DNA of 64,000 nucleotides from assembly GCF_001194135.2 (NCBI RefSeq), contig NC_068998.1, forward strand, positions 21,847,640-21,911,639. The letters are read 5' to 3'. This stretch comes from Octopus bimaculoides. Taxonomy: Eukaryota. The position numbers and the translations under genes are program-made. Shown one piece after another: positions 25,943 to 38,953 of this stretch (within the stretch, counting starts at the first letter, position 1; each line of letters begins with the position of its first letter). A model generated the notes under the pieces. That model saw only the letters and a list, made by a program, of their open reading frames with translations, did no database searches and was not told the DNA's origin.

Positions 25943-27399
25943 TGTGTGTGTGTGTGTGTGTGCGTGTGTTTGTGTGTATGTATATATGGTTATATATGCA
26001 GGTAGAAATTTCTTCTAGTTTTCATTTATGAAATGCCACAAAAAATATTGCTCGTTATGTGGCTATGACTTAAAATATCTGCGAGCGTATCTGGCAACGC
26101 CTATCTATATAGTAAACCTGTTAACTAAATGAATAAGGTTATACCAAATGTTTTGAGAGGCAAATTTTTCCACCGGCGCAATGCTTGAGAAGTAATTTCT
26201 CATAATCCTTCAAATATCACTAAATAAGCTTTCGCAATAACCACGAAATAGCTTTTCTTTGACATTTCCCTTTTCTTATTTCAGTCATGAACCCACAGTC
26301 TTGCTTGAGGACAAACTTTAGGAACTTTTAACAAATGAACCTACTCCAATACATACTTTTTTCTGCCTGGTAATTATGTCTGGTAATTACTTAATATGAC
26401 TATATATGCGACGGGCACCTAACTGTTCCACTCCCATTATTTGGCCACCGTGAGGCTACAGTTTCCGAAGGTGCTACGTATGTGAGAAAGAATCTGAAAG
26501 CATGTGGTGGGGGAGCAAAGTTTTGAACAAACCGCCAAGACCTGGAAACAAAACATCTCCATTGTAGGGTAGAAAAATCGGCGGAGATCCATTTCCATAC
26601 CCAGTATGCGCAAAACCATGAAAACTTTACAAGGACCTAGTGGAATACATTATCAGACACAGAGTCCTAATCTACCTCAAATCACATCCTCAAAAAGGCG
26701 AAATATTTTAGTGTTGTGTAAGTTAGTCTATACCTAACAAAGTTCGGAATTATTCCGGTAATTTATATGTTGAAATACGGTCAGCTGCGTGTAAAATAAG
26801 AATAAGAACTACAGCATTAGCAGCTAATTTCAGCATCTGTTCTTTATATTACTGGAAAGGTTGCCAATGATTACAAAATATAGAAATATCAAAGTTCGAT
26901 ACTTTACAATAGTTATGCAGTGTAACCAAATACACTTTATATTAAATGTGTCAGCTTTATTAGAAATAGAATTTTAGAGTTGGCCATTGGCATATTACTA
27001 AATATGATTTCTATGAAATTAAATTTTCCTAACTTTTATAATACCAGCGAGCCATTACTTGTATTGCATGAATTCTCTTTCACAAATATAATTAATAAAA
27101 CCCCTTTATATTTTAACAACCGGGTTGTGATGGTGTTGTGCTCCAGTCGCAGTCACTTAATTAGTCGACTGACGAGGGCCAGAACGCAGATATATGTTCC
27201 AATTTATACCGTCTTTCCACGTTGATGACTACTATATGTAGCGTCCAATATTAAGGATTTAGCATAGATGACGCAGAGTAACACTCTGGACTTCTGTTGC
27301 AAACTTTCCAACATCCAAAACAGAGACAAGTAAATTTGATTGAACTACAACATGGCAGTAACACTTCCTCTGCATTACATTTTGCCCGTGTGCTTCACA

Positions 27400-29560
27400 A
27401 TAGAATGCTTGAAGCTACTAATGCTGTTAAAGCCACAAATATTAAGGTGTGCATATATTCTTTATGCTTATTTCATATGACTGCCTTTTAAAAGGCGCTG
27501 TTTTTGCCCTACAGTGTAGTATCCTATTGGTTTGTCTTTGTGGAATGTAGAGAGAAAATATTTCTTGCAACAGCAAACCTGCCACCTTGTTTCAAGTTTT
27601 AGCGTTTAATTATTTTATTTGTTGTTGTGCAGGTAGTATGTGTGTGTTACCTGCATGTGCATGGAGAACTGTTCTTCGTAATTTACTGTGGATTGGTGTG
27701 GTAAAACCTGTAGCCCTGGCAAGAAAAGCTTAGTCTATAACGTACACCATTCTTGCTACGTTCCTTTAACCTAATACAGTATATGTATTTACCATATATG
27801 TTGGCTCGTCTTCCTACTTTCTTTACGGTATCGCTTATGTGTTCTGCAAATGTTGTAGAGATGTTTTATTTAACTCATTCTAATTCAGATTTCTGTATGT
27901 GAAAAGGATGGTTTTGTGAAAAGAATGTCTGAAGATTTGGTAGAAGCAGCAGTATGGATGAGTATTTTAGAACGTTGCATATGATACGGGCGTAAGCTAT
28001 ACGTATGGTTTATGGAGGTGTGTATGCACTATATATGTAGTTTGAAAATCTTGGCGAGAGATGCATTTCTGTGGTACTTCAGTCTAAAAACTGTATTCAC
28101 TGGATGTGTTTTCTTGTATAGTTGTAGGTCTATCGATTTATTCTTAATATTTGATGATTAGCGTTGCTTGAATGTATAGCAGGTGATGGATTTGGAAAAT
28201 TTGTTGATCTTGATTGTGATTTGGATGTTATCTGTACTTACTTTTTTGCTGATGATGAATCATCTATTCTCTGATTTTGGAGTCGTAGGCTGCAATATAG
28301 CAATTAGAATCTGTATTGCAATTTGAAATTTGCAATGAGTGAATTAGTAAAAGCAAGTGTGTAAAAGCAAGTGTGTTTAGAAATTTTGAAGATATGCATA
28401 GCCTGGTGATGAGCTTTTATTTATATTCCTTTTTACTTAAGTAATTTTGGGAACTTAGCCACATATTTTCTTCAGTTCCAAATTCCATGTATTTGAAAAT
28501 ATTGAAACGAATAGATATTGCTACACAAGTTCTTGGAGATCTAGGTGTTTTTTTGCGATTTTCTCTGCCTTTGTGATATTTATATCTTTAGATTTCCCTG
28601 TTGTTTGTTCTCACTAATTGAAATGTGTGCTCATGGTGTATTTGCTATTGCAAAGGAATGTTCGCTTTGTATTATATATGTCAATGAATCTTTTGGAAAC
28701 GTCTTCAACTATCATTCGATTTATGTTGATATGGGAATATAATGTTTAGTATCGCGGCACATGACATTACCGTTTAATATTACTGCTATTGGATACTCCA
28801 TTGATTATTTGACCATTTTAAGTGTTTCATGATGGACAAGTTGTTTATTTCTCTTCAGGCATTTTATAATTTGAAAATATTTCATTTATATATTCATTCT
28901 TGATGGTAAATCATATTTCAGTTGTGTATGGTGTTATGTTAATGCTTTTGATTTTGTATATTATCTTTTTACAGTGGCAATTCCTGGTGTTATATTTGAG
29001 GTTTTTGGACTATGTAGTGTTATGAGGTGTCTCAGATTTATCTATATGTATTTTGTTGAATGAATTTCCCTGAGCGACCATATTACTTGTTGCTATGTGG
29101 TTGAATTCTAAAAACATTGACTGTAATTCTTCTTTAGTTTATTCTGGTGTGCAAAATGCTTATTTTCCAATTTCGGCTGTACAAATTTGTAACACTGGAA
29201 AAAGTGTTGAAAACAGTGTTTTATACTTTCATCGTTGATATTGCACGCAGCATTTTTTTGTTTCGTACTAGATTTGTATGTTTTCTGGGTTATATTTAAA
29301 AGCTGTTGTTCTGGGTTGTTAGTTGGAAAATATGGAAATCATAGTAAGATTTGAGTAGTCATTTTATATAATTACTGTGTGTATATTTTTACATAATTAC
29401 TGTGTGTATTTTTTTTATATAATTACTGTGTGTATTGTTGATGTATTTTTCACATGAGAGAAATACTTGGGTATATGGAGCACAATTCAGCATCTCTAAT
29501 TTCTAACTGTTATCACCATGACTCATTCTTACATGTCATATTCAGTACTACTTTATTATA
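27400..29560 (-). mobile_element. Highly degenerate long retroelement remnant, probably Penelope-like
   Basis: Minus-strand traces GK*AFCTPE*TKEELQSMFLEF (cf. GLNFC.PP...EEV..EFE), Y*TLYSHI (cf. DV.SLYTNI), FQIHG (cf. YKQIHG) and KNGVRYRLSFSC (cf. GIY-YIG start), in the expected order; all are weak. Confidence 0.4.
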
Positions 29561-29799
29561 CGTTTAATCGTCACTGAAGTTATCAGGATAGTATACTAGA
29601 AATACTGTGTAAATTCGACTATTGTACATAGTTTTCTTTGATCTTATCAAGAAAAAACTTTGATACTGTTACTCGTGAATATCTGTGGAAATCAATAGTA
29701 CAGTCAAACCGTTGCGGCACAACTGGTCTGATGTCAAACTGTAGTGAAACCCTGACAAAACGAAGTAAAAAATTGCTAAAGTGACCATTCTTTTGTTTC

Positions 29800-30560
29800 T
29801 ATCATTTCATCCACATCTGAACAATGTCGAAGTCTAAATATCTTTGGTGTCCAGTCACATACTGTAAATGTCATGCTTTGTGCTAGTGGCATGCATTTAA
29901 TGTCAGAATGCAATTTCACCCGAAATACAGACGCATGAAACTGATGCATAGTGGAACTTGTGTTACTACAGCAAAGGCATACATTACCCACATCCCGTCA
30001 AGCAGTTGCCTGCTTCAACAATTTGCGACGTGGGAAAATTGTAGAGCAGTGTAAATACATTTTCCGTTACGTACTGAATTCAAAATTCATGAAGAGATGG
30101 GGAATCAAATAGATGTGACAGCCGGCTTTGGTCGTCTGAGATGACGGGCTTATAAGAAAAGCAGCTTACAATGTATCAGGCACTTGTATGATCTCTATCG
30201 TATGTTTGTGGCATTTGGACAAGTTATAGGCAATATCTCAAAATCTGGAAATATAGTACCAAATATGTCTCAGAAGACTTATGCCCGCCTCGTTGAAGCA
30301 CAGATTCGATGGAATGACTGTGACGTGCGAAGTCAAAATTGATGGTTACTCAAATAACTGAAGGGAAACGAACACATGCGGGAAGATCAAACAGAGCGGT
30401 TTAATGATATACTTATGTACATTTGGAATAATGTGTCATCAGTAATAAATGGGAGTTACTGTTCAATATCTGACCTGTAGTTTAGAGTTTGAATATGCAT
30501 CATGGAGACTGAATATCTATCATGAATTGCAACATTTGAATACATTATGACGGAAATATC
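29800..30560 (+). mobile_element. Ancient RTE-type LINE fragment (RT thumb region)
   Basis: IHEEMGNQIDVTAGFGRLR*R, MYQALV*SLSYVCGIWTSYRQYL, NLEI*YQICLRRLM parallel the motifs of the 3 kb LINE (MYKASVLSSLLYSCETW..LERFHQMCRRQI). Confidence 0.65.
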
Positions 30561-33055
30561 TGAATAGAAAAAAATAAGAACGTAGAAAAAAATGTACCTA
30601 TTTTCTGCTAAATATGAAATGCCCGGTATGAACCCATACTCATGGAACCTGTAGTGGCGTATATAATAACATACGGGTCCACACTAAAACTAGGTATAGT
30701 TGGCAGCATCCCTAAAAACGAGAGAATTGCTTATCTGAACATTATTACAGTCCATTGAAATAGCTGTTTCAATTTATACATTAATATATGACATACTCAG
30801 TTATTTCCATTTCAGTAAATCAGACAAGATGTTTTTCGTAATTATATTCTAGGTTGCCATAGGTCTCCAGTTCAACATTTAATCAGGTTATTTTATAAGC
30901 TTATGGCTTTAAAATTGCTATTGGTTAAATGCAACACCACATGTTAAGATGAAAACGTCCGTTAATGACAACATATGGAAATAAAAAAGACTCAGGCAGA
31001 AATATTCGTGCAGTTTTTAAACATTTCCATATTGATATATGCCATATACATAGAAAAGTGAAAAAGATATAGAAATGTACTATAGTTGCTATACATACCG
31101 AACTATATTCGTATCTTCAAAACACTTATCTGCTTAAACTAATATTGGCTTGAGCCATCTCATGCACGTATTTTCGAACAGCTGTCATCATAAATATGAA
31201 AAATATAAATACACACAAAGCATATGACATTTACAACTCCATTAAAATACATTAAAATATCAAATCCACATTTTGCAATACCTAATTGCTCCCACTTGGT
31301 TTTTAACTTAGGTTTGAATTTGAAATCATTTAAAAAATTTACGAAGGCTAGCGAACTCTTAAAATTAATTGTTTAAAAATCTGCTTCCAAATATTAACTT
31401 AGAAGTGTCATGTCTAAGAGAGGAATGAAAATACATTTCAATGGACACAAATTTTAAATTCTTTCATTACCATATCTTGTTATCTTTGAGTATTCTTTTC
31501 GTTCCTCATTTCTTTGTTTACCCCTTCTATATCATTGAATTGTTGACGATACAAAAGGTTAACATACGTACCCCTATAACATGTCTTGATTTTGTGCACT
31601 AGACAGAAATCAATTTTCGTAGTTAAATGAAAATATAACGAAGATGTCTAGAGTATAAACTAAATAAGTATCCAATATTGTCAGTATCCAATATTGTCAG
31701 ACTTTCCCATCAAATTGTTATTTTATGTAATTCTTAATTGAAATCCAAAGTTAATATCATTATGACTGCAACGCATCTCGACTAAAACTATAGTAACACG
31801 ACTAATGTAGACCTTGTTAATTATCGCTACTTAATCTCAGTGTATTTATTTCTTTTCCTTACAATATAAATACACAAATCGGATTTTTATACGTCGTAAA
31901 ACCTGCTGTAATCTGCTGTAATCTGCTGCCGAGTTGAAACAAGACTCTACATCGCATACTCAGAGACAAAATTCAATCAAAAGATCGTTTATTTTCCGGG
32001 TACTATAATTGTTGGCAAATAATTCAGTCTTCTTCTTTAGTATAGTAATTACCTAAATTTTTATGGAAAATTAATTTGACGAAAAAAGACGCGAATCGAG
32101 AAGAAGAGCATTATATGTTAAAAAAGCCAAAACCCTGATTTCAATTTTTAGGCTAAAATCTGCATTGGCGAATCTCCAAATCGTGATTTGTGACATTAGT
32201 TTTAATTCAACCATTTTGTAGAGGAACATAACTGTTTCCAATGAATTGAAGCTAATGCTTCAATAATTGCTGCCCTAAATCAAGTCAGTTTATATACTCA
32301 ACCCTTATATGTTTATTTATGAACATGATTGTAATACTCAGGTAATTCAAAAGTTATATGAGTACATTTTGACAACCAATTCTGGCAATCACTTCAGCAC
32401 ACAATTTTGCGTATGCATTGTTTGAGTAGCCTTTGTTTGAAAGAAACACTAGACACAATATTATGAAATTATAACACCATTAACAAGAACTCTGAAATGG
32501 TTCTAACATGTAATCATATATTTAATGCGCGTATTGGGAAGTTGGACAAAACCTGCGATGTTTAGTAGTATATCAATAATTTATTTACTTATATATAGAT
32601 TTTTTGATATTGTTATTGACATTATTAGTATTGCTTCATGTCTACATAAAGTAATTTGATAATAATTTGAATGCGTGCTAAATTATTTGGTTAAAAGTGA
32701 AACAGTTATACGTTAGATTGTATTTCCCATGACATACTATCATATGCATACTTGCAATACCCAGTTATAGAATTAATATTACATGTATTTCCATAGTAGC
32801 AATATTATAAGTGAATGGATATGGAACTAAGTTGATAGTACGAACAAACCGAACAAACTGAAACATTACAGACTAGCCCATGAACAACACAAAAAAATCC
32901 TTTCAATTCTACCTTGCTCTTCCTTTCTCCCACTCCAACCAGCCTCCCACACTGTTCCTTAAAATAGCCAGCACTCCCTACCTTACACACAAGAGAGAAA
33001 ATATGTCAAAAAGATGGGTCAGTTCCATTCCAATATTTTGTAAATCCTTAAATAT

Positions 33056-33385
33056 ATGTATTTTAATACTTAAACTGTTTTTAACATTTTCTTATTATTA
33101 TCAGAGAATGTATATTTGTATCTTAATATTTTTGTGACCATCAGTCCTTAACACTACAAAGCTTATACAAAGCTTTATATTTTAAACATATTCTTTTTAT
33201 TATATTCAAATAATGTTTATTTTAATACTTAAACTGCTTTTTAACATTTGCTATTATTATTAAAGAAAAACTATATATGTATTTTTATATATGTATTTTA
33301 ATGCTTAAACTGTTTTTAACATTTTCATATTATTATCAGAGAATGTATATATATACATGTATTTTAATACTTTTGTGACAACCAG
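33056..33385. repeat. Three imperfect copies of an AT-rich 50-90 bp unit
   Basis: tattttaat(a/g)cttaaactg(t/c)ttttaacattt..tattattat near 33058, 33217 and 33293; copies 1 and 3 continue cagagaatgtatat..ttttgtgac. Confidence 0.85.
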
Positions 33386-33584
33386 TTAAATATTGAGTAA
33401 ATTTTCACTTGCATATATCGCGTGAGCTGGGGCTGAAAACAGAATTCGTACAGAAGCAATTGTATTTCATCATTATATAGATGAGAAAAAATGTCCTTTG
33501 CCTTCTTCTTTCTGTTTGTGTGTGTGTGCATATGTGTGTATGTATATGTATGTGTGTTTATCTGGTGAGAGGAAGAGAGATATA

Positions 33585-33620
<36 letters not shown>

Positions 33621-33981
33621 NNNNNNNNNNNNNNNNNNNNNNNNNNNNNNNNNNNNNNNNNNNNNNNNNNNNNNNNNNNNNNNNNNNNNNNNNNNNNNNN
33701 NNNNNNNNNNNNNNNNNNNNNNNNNNNNNNNNNNNNNNNNNNNNNNNNNNNNNNNNNNNNNNNNNNNNNNNNNNNNNNNNNNNNNNNNNNNNNNNNNNNN
33801 NNNNNNNNNNNNNNNNNNNNNNNNNNNNNNNNNNNNNNNNNNNNNNNNNNNNNNNNNNNNNNNNNNNNNNNNNNNNNNNNNNNNNNNNNNNNNNNNNNNN
33901 NNNNNNNNNNNNNNNNNNNNNNNNNNNNNNNNNNNNNNNNNNNNNNNNNNNNNNNNNNNNNNNNNNNNNNNNNNNNNNNNN

Positions 33982-34014
<33 letters not shown>

Positions 34015-35348
34015 AAGAGATGTACAGCTATTGTATATTTAGAATAATAATCCGTTATCGGATTTGAAAGCGCTGAAAATGTAAATAAGATGTAAATAAA
34101 AAAAAAAATATATAATCATTAAACATTCTGACTACCTTATTATTCTACATACACGTACACATACACACAAGTACAAATATTAACTGGAAGACCAAAACAG
34201 CAAAGTTGTTAACATATAGCTGTGTTGTGCACTTTGAAACCTACTTAGCTTCACTAAATTGCTACAAAAGTTTCCAATTAAATCATCGTGCATTTTTAAC
34301 ATATTTCACAAAAGAATTACCACTGGTATTAGTGTGCGATGAAACGAGGTTATGCATAAATATTACCAGTATATGTGGTTTCAATATATGTTTACCTTCA
34401 ACGTTAGCCAGAAGTTTTTGTGCAAATTTTCTTGGTTGTTTTTTTCCCACATTCCCCAAGCAGACCTTTTTCATAAAGCAAGAACTCTTCTTTGTCATTG
34501 CTTTTGAAACTTAGTTTATATTTTGTAACGTTTGTAATCTATTAACTTTGACTTGCTGGAACACATATCCTACTTACTTGAAATTATAATCAAGTAATCG
34601 GTTTACATTCCACCATCTTTTCAAGTAATTTTCCAATTTAGATGCCATATCTTCCAGCATATTGTTTAATTTCGTCTTTATTGATTCCTTAATTTTTATT
34701 TTTTAAGCATGTAGAAAATTTTCACAATATTTTCTGTGCAGCACTTTCGCTAAAAGACGACAGATATTCAAAAATTTACAGTCTGAAACAGCGTCATGTT
34801 TCATTCTCTTTACTGATTCAGTAATTAGGATGGAATAAGTTTTGCTCTAAATTCAATAGGATAAAAACTGAGTAGTTGCCATTATAACGGATCAACGGAT
34901 TTGCGGTTTACCGTGTTGATTTGTGGCATATATTCAGCGATAATAGATATGACGGAGAGAAGTCGCAAGAAGGCTTATATAATCATTTTTCTAGAATACA
35001 AAATATAGTATATTATGAATGGGTGAAGCAAATCCTAGCCGGAAGCTATATATATATATATATATANNNNNNNNNNNNNNNNNNNNNNNNNNNNNNNNNN
35101 NNNNNNNNNNNNNNNNNNNNNNNNNNNNNNNNNNNNNNNNNNNNNNNNNNNNNNNNNNNNNNNNNNNNNNNNNNNNNNNNNNNNNNNNNNNNNNNNNNNN
35201 NNNNNNNNNNNNNNNNNNNNNNNNNNNNNNNNNNNNNNTATATATATAGGCACATGCGTATTTGCGTCGTTACTTTGTATCCCTAAGATACATTTACATA
35301 CATATGTAGATATATGTATAATAATGTATATATATACATATATATATA

Positions 35349-35384
<36 letters not shown>

Positions 35385-35544
35385 CACACACAACTATATG
35401 TATATATATTTATAAATATATTTATGTATATCCATACATAGGATGATACATACACATAGACGCGCGCGTGTGGTCACACACGCACGCATGTACACCCATC
35501 CACACATGTACACCCACCCACATACACATACAAGTAAAGACCCA

Positions 35545-35806
35545 ATTTGATTTCGAATGACCGTGGGATTGCAGTTAGAATGTTCCCCTCGAAAGCACAA
35601 GTCCGGGTAAGGTTATTTGTGGAAGTCTCACTTCTCTACGCACACAATATTGTCTCAGGGAAATATAAAGTCCTGATGTAGCTTGAGCAAATTGGAGCAA
35701 CGTCAAATAAAGTTTTTTGTTTAAAGAACACTACACACAGGCCGGTCTGGGAATTGAACTCAAGTCTTACGACTGTAAACCCGACGCTTTAACCACTAAG
35801 ATATGA
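35545..35806 (-). mobile_element. tRNA-derived SINE type C
   Basis: Minus-strand head tagtggttaaagcgtcggg..gagttcaattcccagaccggcc (A/B-box-like); body distinct from types A and B. Confidence 0.75.
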
Positions 35807-35956
35807 GACTATGCTTTTACAAAAAATTATGCATATCTATATATAAGGTTATATAGATATATAAATATGTATGTATAGTATTGTACATATCTCTATATGT
35901 ATTAATTAATTTAGGCTCTAGCCACAAACGCACACACAAACATACACACACATATA

Positions 35957-37511
35957 CAGTAGCGAACAAAGAAAGGGAACAATTGCTATTTTTCTTTTTT
36001 ATAATTTCGGAAAAGCTACTAAACGTACAAATTCTCAATTAATTTCGTAAATACGGTTAACCATTAGCTAAATTCTATGAAATGTCTAATTTTGAACAAT
36101 GGTCTTAAGAAAAGTTAATAACACTAATATTAGTTTCGTCCAAATGTCTCACGTGCAAAATAAGAGAACGATCGAACCAAAAATTGATCCAATTAACTCA
36201 AGACCATAACAATGTTTGAAAGAAATGTAAATATAAACTTAATGCAGTTAATATCATGTTTGTAGATCTTTGTTGCAGATCACCTCTGCACATAAGAAGT
36301 TTTCTGCACAATTAATGTGTTACTTTCTTTCATTCCCCTTCTAATATCTCCCATAAATTCGTCGTAGTAGTTGGTGCCCTTTGTGTTACTTTGTCTCCAA
36401 GTATATTTCAAAGGTTTTCAATTGAATTGAAGTCTGGACTTTCTGCTGGCCACGTCATTACTTGGACATTTTGTTCGCTAAAGAATCCAGTGACACGCTT
36501 GGCAGTATGACAATGCACAGTTGATTCAGAAACATTCCTAATGATGGGATCGCATGCTTTTTAACCAAATTCAAATAGACATTAGAATTAATAGTACCTT
36601 TAATCTGCACCAGGAGGCCAAGTCCTTCAGAAGAAATCATTCCCCACACCACGAGACTTCTTCTTCCAAACTCAGCAGATTTCTGCAGGCACTTGGATTT
36701 TAATCGATCTACTGTGAAACGCCTAACATAGTGTCTACCAACTGAACCTACTAAATTGAATTTGCTTTCACCACTAAAGTCATCTTTTGAACAATTTTCA
36801 TCCATCCAGTTCACATGAACATCTGAAAATGAAAATCTTTCCCATTTGTTCTTCTTGCTAATCTTAGAATTCGTTGCTGGAGAACAAGTCTTTAATCCAA
36901 ATGCCTTCAGACGACGAGACACCCTAAACCGGCTCACCTTTGTACCATTATTTTTTTCTATTTTCTTAGAGAGTTCTGCCACAGTTTCGAAAGGATCCTT
37001 ATTTGCGTACTGTTTCATGGCTCGATCATCACGCATGATGGTTTTTCGTGGTCTACCAGTTGCCTTTTTCGATTCAAATCATTTAGTCTCTTTATAGAGC
37101 TTATGAACACGTGAAATTACACTCTTAGATCTCCTTACGTCTCGTGAAATGGACGAGAGAGTCATTCCTGAAACTTTCATCCTGACAATTTCTTTTCGAA
37201 GATCGGAAGTAATTTTAGATTGGTGTGCCACGTTCGGCAGCTGAGACGGTAGTAACGTTGAGCCTGCAAATGCAAACAATGTTTGCAATATCCAGAAATT
37301 TCTGAAGGAATTTAATCGTTCTTTTATTTTGCGCATGAGACATTTGGACGAAAATAGTGTTAATGTTATTAACTTTTATTAAGACCGTTGAACAAACTTA
37401 AATTTTCAGAAAATTTAGCTAATAGTTAACCGTGTTTACGTAACAAATTACGAATTTTTACGTTCACTAGCTTTCCCGACATTACTCGTTCTCTTTTTTG
37501 ACTCGCTACTC
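35957..37511 (-). mobile_element. Full-span Tc1-type transposon with about 220-bp TIRs and TA TSDs; transposase inactivated
   Basis: TA|cagtagcgaaca.. at 35957 and ..ctcgctactc|TA at 37511; 35957-36175 is an inverted copy of about 37315-37511. Transposase LRKEIVRMK..SISRDVRRSKSVISR..GRPRKT..FSGESKFNL..VWGMIS..WPAESPDFNSIENL. Confidence 0.92.
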
Positions 37512-37532
37512 TAATATTTCTGTGTAATACTA

Positions 37533-37621
37533 CGTCCGGTCAAAAAGTATCGGGACTGGTGTTATAAAGTGAAAACCCCGGTATAATAGCAGCGATTCCC
37601 ATTTTCTTTGATCAGACCTCG
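37533..37621. mobile_element. 89-bp mini-mariner (two TIRs with a tiny spacer) flanked by TA
   Basis: TA|cgtccggtcaaaaagtatcgggac ... ttcccattttctttgatcagacctcg|TA; the right end reverse-complements to cgaggtctgatcaaagaaaatgggaa, a mariner-type TIR. Confidence 0.6.
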
Positions 37622-37720
37622 TAAATACATTAAACAGAAATATTCGATATCAAAATACCACTTTCAAATGCACCGTGACCTATTACGATGCTCCATATTA
37701 AGGCAATATACGCATAAGTA

Positions 37721-38340
37721 TTGAACCATCCCATATATATAATGCGTTTTTTTTTTCAAATGCATGAACTAAAAGTCGGACAGGGACGGAATAAACTTGC
37801 TATAAAAAAAGGTAGTAATTTTAACTTGTACTTATCCTCAGCGCAAGTTTTGGAGAGTGCATTTCCATTGTAACAGTTATTCTTTCAAACATTTATGAGT
37901 TCAATAAAGGCAAAAACGCAACGGGAAGTGCAAGTTATATTATTGCAGTATATGGAGATGGAACAATATGCGTAAACTAGGGTGAACGATGGTTCCAGAA
38001 ACTCCGAGCCGGGAACTACAGTCTAGAAGACGAGCCTCAACCTGGAAGATCTCTAGAGCTCGACGAAGATGTCCTAAAAACCCTGGGGGGGAACAAAATC
38101 CCATCGTAACTGTTGAGGAACTAGCAGAGAAGCGTTCCGACTCTAATCGCGCGCAGAATGAATGTGTGCTCTTCTTTGATGTCACGTGTCACGAATGGAC
38201 CTTTTTTTGGATCGAATAGTGATTGGTGACGAGAAGTGGGTTCTCTACAAAAATATTAAGCATCGAAGACAGCGGGTGGCGAGAGGAGAGACACCGGAAC
38301 CCCAGGCTAAAGGAGGTCTTCACCCATGTAAGATATTTCC
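37721..38340 (+). mobile_element. Mariner 5' fragment (left TIR, HTH region, first catalytic Asp)
   Basis: TA|ttgaaccatcccatatatataatgcg; YEFNKGKNAT..AVYGDG..RWFQKLRAGNYSLEDEPQPGRSLELDEDVL, FLDRIVIGDEKWVLYKN; truncated near 38340. Confidence 0.85.
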
Positions 38341-38890
38341 TCCGTCTGGCCGCTTTTCTTTCCACAAAGCGAGAAGTTACATTGCAGAATTGTCATGTTA
38401 ACGAGTTGTATTTATTTATCACCCGCCGAGATACGTCTGCAACACCGGAATCAGATTTTGAGTATCCTAGCCATGAATGAGCGATGCTAGATATGTCGAA
38501 ACACATGTCATGATTAATAAGAAATCTCGTATATTCAATCTTCCGTTTNNNNNNNNNNNNNNNNNNNNNNNNNNNNNNNNNNNNNNNNNNNNNNNNNNNN
38601 NNNNNNNNNNNNNNNNNNNNNNNNNNNNNNNNNNNNNNNNNNNNNNNNNNNNNNNNNNNNNNNNNNNNNNNNNNNNNNNNNNNNNNNNNNNNNNNNNNNN
38701 NNNNNNNNNNNNNNNNNNNNNNNNNNNNNNNNNNNNNNNNNNNNNNNNNNNNNNNNNNNNNNNNNNNNNNNNNNNNNNNNNNNNNNNNNNNNNNNNNNNN
38801 NNNNNNNNNNNNNNNNNNNNNNNNNNNNNNNNNNNNNNNNNNNNNNNNNNNNNNNNNNNNNNNNNNNNNNNNNNNNNNNNNNNNNNNNNN

Positions 38891-38953
<63 letters not shown>

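Noticed and set aside
27160-27200. Hammerhead ribozyme (ctgacgag..gaac) near the Penelope-like remnant
   Set aside because: No GAAA box, no stem II and no UH cleavage context; at best a decayed trace.
38470-38515. Hammerhead-like ..atgag..cgaaacacatgtc
   Set aside because: The GAAAC..GTC half fits, but the CUGANGA core and stems I and II do not.
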